Shown here piece by piece: positions 56,957 through 64,000 of a stretch of 64,000 nucleotides of DNA. The stretch lies in assembly GCF_009914755.1 (NCBI RefSeq), contig NC_060928.1; one strand, given 5' to 3'. The translations under genes and the position numbers were made by a program. Within the stretch, counting starts at the first letter, position 1. Each line of letters begins with the position of its first letter. The notes below the pieces were generated by a model, which did no database searches, was not told where the DNA came from, and saw only the letters and a program-made list of their open reading frames with translations. Source of the stretch: the human T2T-CHM13v2.0 reference genome, Homo sapiens.

Positions 56957-57358
56957 TAGTGATGTGCTAGCGTCACCTCATATTGACTTAAAAGTGCTGC
57001 TGATTGTTAAATTTTCAGGAATTTTGTGAGGCAGTTATTAAACAGTCATTATTTAAAATACACAAACTTACTATTATATTAAAAACAAAGGTAATAAATA
57101 CCCAACACTCATCACTTCTAATTAGGTTGCTACATTTCACTATGATCTTTGTTGTTTAGGTTACTTATATTATTGCCTCTGTATGGTGAAAATACTATCC
57201 ACATCTACTGCTACTGCACGTCTCTTCCCGACTCCACATTCAGTACTATTTTGTTGGTAGCTTGTGGCAGTATTTACACCATCAAAATCGGCAAACTATA
57301 AATCAAGGTTTTCATTTTCTTCACAGAACCTGCTGTCAAATATTTACCAGCACATCAT
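56957..57358. mobile_element. Arthur1-like hAT-Tip100 relic
   Basis: Terminal inverted repeats tgatgtgct...agcacatca; internal ctgattgttaaattttcaggaattttgtgag and tgtcaaatatttaccagcac. Confidence 0.65.
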
Positions 57359-57541
57359 CATGTACATATGAAAACATATTTGATAGTACAAACCACATAC
57401 CTCTTTTTATATTTCCTGACATAAACAAATGCCTATCGTCATTACCGCTGAACTGCCTCTCCAATAAAGGAGCTAAAAAATGTTTTTGTGAGGTTTTAAA
57501 CTACCTCTGAGTCAGTCCTATTCTAAATACTATCACACTAG

Positions 57542-57832
<291 letters not shown>

Positions 57833-58243
57833 CAGTATAAGTTTTAAGTGAGATATTATTTCACAAGGAACTGTATTACATACCTTGCCTCTGACTGTTT
57901 GCTGGCACATGTGAATGGGTATGGCTGTTATTACTAACTTAGCACTTCAGTAAAGAAGAGCGAAACAGTATTTTTCTGAGGTTTTTCAGCTACCTCTGGG
58001 TCAGTCAGTAATGTAAATGCTGTTAATAAGGATAGTATTTACATAAATTATGCAAAGGTTAACATCAGTTGAAATACAGTAGTACTCACTGCACTCTACA
58101 GATGAAAAGTGGTGGTATGTTAAAAAAAAAAACTCTACAATAGTCTTTAACTTCCTATTTAAAATAAACAGGCACCATGAATTGAATTTGTCAAAATAAA
58201 ACCATACCAAAGTTAGCATTTAGTTCAAGATTCCAAGTTTGCA

Positions 58244-58305
58244 TCATGTTCTCATTCAATAAAATTGACCATTTCTCATGTTCTCATTCAATAAAATTGA
58301 CCATT
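58244..58305 (+). repeat. Tandem duplication (30-bp core, 32-bp period) containing AATAAA
   Basis: tcatgttctcattcaataaaattgaccatt at 58244-58273 and 58276-58305. Confidence 0.92.
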
Positions 58306-59769
58306 CCAACATTTTCTGTTTGTGCTATCAGCACTGAAAATGCACATCCACCGTGTTGACAGCAGCTAACAGAGTGACTCATGTGGAGGCATCGCAGGCT
58401 GCATTGAGCTGACAGGTTGTCAAACCAATTAACGGGCAGGGATGATGTCAGAAGACCTTTCTATCATTGCTGCCTGCAGCTGGTCCTCATTATATGGAAT
58501 GCCCGGTATGCTGTGAAAAACCAGAAAAAGAAAATCTTACCTGTTCTTAACCTGTATGGAAGCCAAATCTCTCAAGGAGTACTGGCCTGAGGGCAGCATG
58601 TTCACACACTATTTCTATCATTTTTTTCCCACCTGCTATTGCAGAAACCTTGACTTTCTCCATCTTCAAAGTCCGCCCAGCAGTTTCTGGAAGTCCCCTG
58701 GAGATATGTGGCATGGACTCATGGGACTGTCCTCTCAGCTCCCCGGGACATGCCATGTTTTTCCTCTGCAGCCCTGGATTCCTAGGAAGAACTATAGCAA
58801 AAGCTTCTTATGCCCATGAAGGTGCACCAAACAGATTGCAAAGGTCTGATCAACCCACACAAGGTGCTGTAAAGCCACTGCACAACAGACCTCCTGCCAT
58901 TGTGGATGCCACTGCCACCTGTGGCTGCTGCCACCCATGCCACAAGCCCAAAGTGGCACCAAAGCTACTCCACCTTCTCTGTCACTAGGGAGAATCTTCT
59001 GCCCCTCCTGGGGTGGCAAGCTGCAATGCAGTTCCCAATGCTCATGTGCCTTGGGTCCCTGGAGTCTCTATAGATTCCAGAGAACCTGCTCTTCATTGAG
59101 ATGCACGGGAACCTTTGTGTAAGCCCAGGTCTAGATTAAAGCCTCTGGTAAAAATGGCTTCGACTCTAACTGAGAAAACTGACTTTTCACAGATTCAAAG
59201 CCACAACCATTCAGAGGAAAAGTCATATAGGTTGGCCCACAAAGTTGGCCACTCAATTTATAACACTTAGTAAATGTTAACGGAGGCAGGAGAGTTGATT
59301 TTTTAAGTGAAGGGCTATCAACGTTGCTGGACAGAACATAGTGGTCTTTCAAAATGGAAAGAACTCTTAAGGAAACCCTGTCCTTGGTACTCCTGCCCCA
59401 TGCGGCTACCCCCGCTCCCCACCCTCTGGGCATCTCCCATGACCACAAAACAGAGTACACAAATTCCTGCAGCCCAAGCATCCTGCCCTGGCTTTTCTGG
59501 CCCCAGATATCCCATTTTACCTCCTCCTGGGACCCCAAGTTCTAACAATCTCCCTCAATTTTATCTGAACTATCACTATACCTAACAAAACCAAGACCCT
59601 CCACATGTCATATTATACAATAGGTAATATGACGTATTACATGTTGGCCAACTTGAGAAAAGGCAATTAAATTCTATATTGCACACACATGCTGACCACC
59701 TACTAAGTGACAAGCAGAAAACAAACAGATGAGTCAGATTGACTTCATGGACTTTACTGTCTATTCTGA

Positions 59770-60000
59770 AAGGGCAGTGTAGCATATAGCATTCAGGGGA
59801 CAAACTAGGGAGAAGCTGGGTTCCTCCACTTAATTGACTTTATAACCCTTTGACAAATGAATTAACTTCCTTGTACGTTTACTCATCCTGAAAATGGAGT
59901 TAAGGAGAGATACTAATGCTTGGTATTTCTGTGAAGAAGTAACAAGTCAATACACATAAAACACTCAGAAAGTGCCTAACACTATTAGCACTTAAAATAA
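59770..60000 (+). mobile_element. MIR fragment
   Basis: agctgggttcctccacttaattg...gacaaatgaattaacttcc...actcatcctgaaaatggag. Confidence 0.6.
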
Positions 60001-60094
60001 TTATTAGTGGAGACAGATGTGGACATAACTGCTTATGATATAATAAAATAAAATATTTGGCAGTGATTTAAAAGTACAAACAACTATACACCAC

Positions 60095-60230
60095 AAATTA
60101 TATATATATATTTGTGCATGGATATATACATATTTGTGTATATATATATATTTGTGACATTTTAGATATATTATCCATATATATCTCCATATATATCTGT
60201 GAAATATATATCACAAATATGTATATTTGT
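60095..60230. repeat. (TA)n-rich low-complexity tract
   Basis: Multiple tatatata runs. Confidence 0.8.
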
Positions 60231-61129
60231 TTATAGTTGTTTGTATTTTTACTTCTACAAACTTGCTTGAGCCAAAGCTATGTCCACCACTAAGATTCAA
60301 ATATATATTCACCCATATATATTTACTGACTGCCCACAAGGTTTCAGATACTGAGCTGGACCTGGAAGACAGAGGGATGCAAAGGGTTCATAGAGATTCA
60401 GTCCTGCTCTGGAAACCCTGGCTGTAGTCAGAGGCTTGGTCTGGAGAATTAGAGACACGGATCTGCCAGGTGTTTATTTGTGTGAAGAACTAAAGAATCT
60501 CTTTGGTTAAAAGAAAAGTTCATCCTACAGCATTAATCATTCACCAGGTGAGGTATGGGTTATCAGTCCATCCGTGGTTTGGTTATTCTCCAGCCAACTG
60601 TGGCCAAACAGGTGGGATCATGTGGTACAAAACAGGTGCTACCTCCTCTCCAGGACTGTAGGCAGGGAAGGTAGGTAGACTGGGCCCATTGTTTAATACC
60701 AGCAGGCAGGTATGAAAGATCACTCGGGCTTGCAGGGCAATGTGGCAGAGGTCCTGGGGAACAGAGTGGTCATTCACGTCAGTCTGAATACAAGAGAATG
60801 GATGGAGTAATTGATTGGTCATTTTTGTAACACTATGTCTTCTGACCTCTTTATGTCCTTTAATTTCTACTGTTGCTTAGTTTCATTCATATGTTACACC
60901 TTGAGGGAAGGTCAAAATAAGCTCACAATTTTTCTCATCTCACAAAATATCCTTCTAAACTTCCAACTCCCAAGAAAAAGGTATTCTTTTGACTTCCCCA
61001 TTTCTGTCCACATAACTATTTGCACTCTCCATCACACACTCTTGAAAACTTGAGGCTTTCTTTGACACCACTCTTTTTCTTTCCCCTTCTATTAGGTCAA
61101 TGGCTAGTCCTTTTGGGATGTGGTCCAGA

Positions 61130-61370
61130 GTAGTCAAAGGGGCTTGGCTTTTGGAGTCCTCCATAGCTGGGTACAAAGTCCAGCTCTACCATTCACAAAA
61201 CATGTGATCTTTAACAGGGTATTGCATTGATCCGGGTCTCAGTTTCACAATCAGTAAAATAAGACTAATCTTACCTACCTTATAATATCACTGTGGGTTA
61301 AATAAATAAAATACTGTAAGGAAAGCCCCTAGCACAAGGCTGCATATAGTGAAATCTCAGGAACCATAAG
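61130..61370 (+). mobile_element. MIR
   Basis: ctttggagtc...ccagctctaccattcac...tgtgatcttt...tctcagtttcacaatcagtaaaat. Confidence 0.65.
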
Positions 61371-63101
61371 CTTTTATTTTCTACTTCTGACAGGTATTTC
61401 ACATCCATTGTCTCATTTCTCTGACACAGCCTAGAGTGACAATAAAAACCTCTGTCTTCCATTGTTTTCCTCCCCAATCCATTATATGCCCAGCTGTCAG
61501 AAGGCTCTTCCTAGGAACAGTTCCAATCCCTTCATTGAGTAGATTGGAAATCTTTAATGACTCTTCCAATGCCAACCCAATAAAGAAAGTATGGACCCTT
61601 TAGCTTGGCATTTCATTTTTCAGATTAGCTCCCCCTCCTCCCTTTCTGTGAAAGTCTCTGACCTTCTCTAACTGGATGTGTCACCAATTCCCCCAAAACT
61701 GTCCATGTCTGTGCTTTTCTTTACACGGTTCTCTCCACCTAGAAGGCACTAGCCCCCTCCTTCCTTTCTATCCACATTCTACCCATCCTTCCGTGTTCAA
61801 TTTTATTTTGGTTCACCCATGATGTTTTTCCAAATCACCAGCTGAAATCAACTTTCTTTCTGAATTTCCACAGGACATTTTAGCACCTCTCATAGGGTAT
61901 AGGTCACCTTCTATATTACAGTGGCATTATCAGTGTAACGGCCTCAATTCTTTCATGATACAAAGCAGAACATAAATATATTCAAGTCCTAGATGTGGCC
62001 TGAGGCCTTAAAATGGCTGAGAGTTACAAGAACCCTTTCCTTCATAGCTTATAGATAAAATACCATGTTTGGGATCATAAGACCCCACCATTGTGGCTAC
62101 AAATGATTGAATAGGGCTTTGTACCTGAGGCAAAGACATCCACTTTATAGGTAGGTTCTCTTTCTAGAAAAGTCTGAATTTGAGCCATATCAAAAGAGAG
62201 TAGTTGGAAGAACTAGAATTTGAAAGATGCTAAGAAGCCACATGAGACACCAGTAAATGGACACCTTGAGGCAGAAGCTGGAAGTGAGCAAGACCAAGAG
62301 GTCGAGCAGAAAGTAGAGAGAGTGGAAAGTCAGCAGTAGTAGTAGACATAGACTCCGTCTCTCAAAAGCAACAACAAAAGCAAAGGCACCAGAAAATCAA
62401 TAACAAAACTTGTTGCTGAGACCTGGAATCATGTAATGCCCTGAACAAACTTCCAGATCTCCGCTGGGCAGGCTTTTCAACTGATGTTGACTTTCTGTGC
62501 TTTTTAAATAGCTAAGTACCACTACAGTAAACACCCATCACCTTGGACAAGCAAGTCTTTGTTCTGAACAGTCTAGAAGAGCCTTCTATAGAACACCCAT
62601 ACCTGAAATCGTTCTCTCGGTACCTCTATTTTTTTCTTGAGAGACAAATTTAGTCCTCTCTGTCTTGGCCCATAGCCTGTTAGTGAAATGCATACATTCT
62701 CATGGCCTTTCATACTATCCAAACAGCAAATATCCTGGTAAATTTCTGAGACCTGTTTGCCTTCATCCTAACCTTGGCACCATATTGCTCAATACCATAT
62801 TGTTTCAAAGTTCTGGCTCATCTCATGTTTCCTAATAGCCATATGTCAGCTTCATAACCTAATAGGTTACTCAAGACCATTTTCTCAACTTTTTTTTTTT
62901 TTTTTTTTTTTTGCACACTGGAAAATAAGCAATATCCCAGCTTTATAGATGAGACCATTGAGGCGTGGACAGAATGAAGCCTGGCAAGAGTACTGTAGTT
63001 TAGAAGCAAAAGTGTAAATTAGAATTCCTGAGATGCCCCAGCTATTCTTATCTAGCCCTATGTGATTAAACCAAGATAAATGGACATACATTTTTCAAAA
63101 T

Positions 63102-63222
63102 AAGGAAGGAAGGAAGGAGAGAGAGATGAAGGGGGGAAAGGAGAGGGAGAGGCAGAGGGAGAGGAAGAGAAGAGGAAGAGGGAGAGGGAGGGGTAGGGGG
63201 AGAAGCAGAGGGAGAGGGAAAA
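63102..63222. repeat. Purine-rich (GGAA/GGGAGA) tract
   Basis: About 120 bp nearly all A/G. Confidence 0.88.
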
Positions 63223-64000
63223 ACTATCTACCATTCTCAAAAGTGGGCAGTAACTGAAGCAGCAATTTAGCAAAATGATTGACTTCCTCCAAGGAGTCCT
63301 TTCAAAATTTTCAGAAAATGATAGATTCCAAGCACTCACCTGATGCATCAAGCTCCCTGGGCAGAAGCAAATATTTAATCTCATAATGGAAAGAATCTGA
63401 AGCCAGTGGGCTGCCCTGCTTTTTCACCTCTGAATCTTACTTTGTCAACAAAAATTATCTCTATTCAAGTGCTCCTGCGTGGGTTTCTCAATAACTTGAG
63501 AACCAAATAGGCAGAGACAAGTTTGTGCCCAAATAATTAAAACCCTAGAATGGAAGCATCTGGCAGAAAAGATTTAATCTTCAGAAAAAATCATGAGATC
63601 AGTCTTATCCCCATTTTAGAGAAGAGTAAACCAAGTCTCAAAGAGACTAAATAAGTTGTTCATGACCCCCTAAGAAGGAGAAGATCAGAGCCTCAAGTCT
63701 CCATCATCTAACTCCTATTTCCACCCTTTGTCCACTGCTTCCTGACACTGCCTCTTTATAGCCTGCTTTTTGGAGGAAACTAGTTGTTACCTACACTTCA
63801 GTTTTCAACCAGACGTAATTACTCTGTAAATCATAGTCTTAACCAAAATGGAAAAAAAACAATTATCCTGAGTTCACATAGGTATTGTGATGTGTTGAGC
63901 TTGACACAGTAATTTAACAATAATCAAGTAGCATCCAATCAGAAAATGGAACTGCACATTAATCTTCAAATAAATGTTACGTCACACACCCAGAAGCAAT

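Overview
Primate (human or great-ape-like) genomic DNA: 64 kb of repeat-rich, apparently intergenic or intronic sequence. I see no intact protein-coding gene, RNA gene or CRISPR array. Nearly all ORFs in the supplied track are Alu, LTR or microsatellite read-through, or chance ORFs. The only gene-derived feature is an intronless, disabled retrocopy of a KRAB zinc-finger gene matching my recollection of ZNF248 (CDS remnant 54039-56014, plus a long 3' UTR), interrupted by three Alus. The rest is about 18 Alus, a CpG-rich solo LTR12C, several MaLR/ERVL LTRs (MST, MLT1, MLT2, THE1, LTR16/33-like), L1, L2 and MIR fragments, and DNA-transposon relics (MER53, MER58, MER47A, Arthur1). The most interesting structures read from the sequence are: (1) a probable ancient L1 3' transduction at 33117-33910; (2) a compound VNTR built from an Alu 5' end, its target-site duplication (TSD) and microsatellites (51571-51920); (3) an unexplained 42-bp dispersed direct repeat with copies 1.9 kb apart (47445/49360); (4) a residual KRAB-only ORF and a probable one-finger deletion in the retrocopy. 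I cannot support a novel multi-gene system here. Repeat subfamily names are from memory of consensus sequences, and boundaries are approximate unless a TSD is cited.
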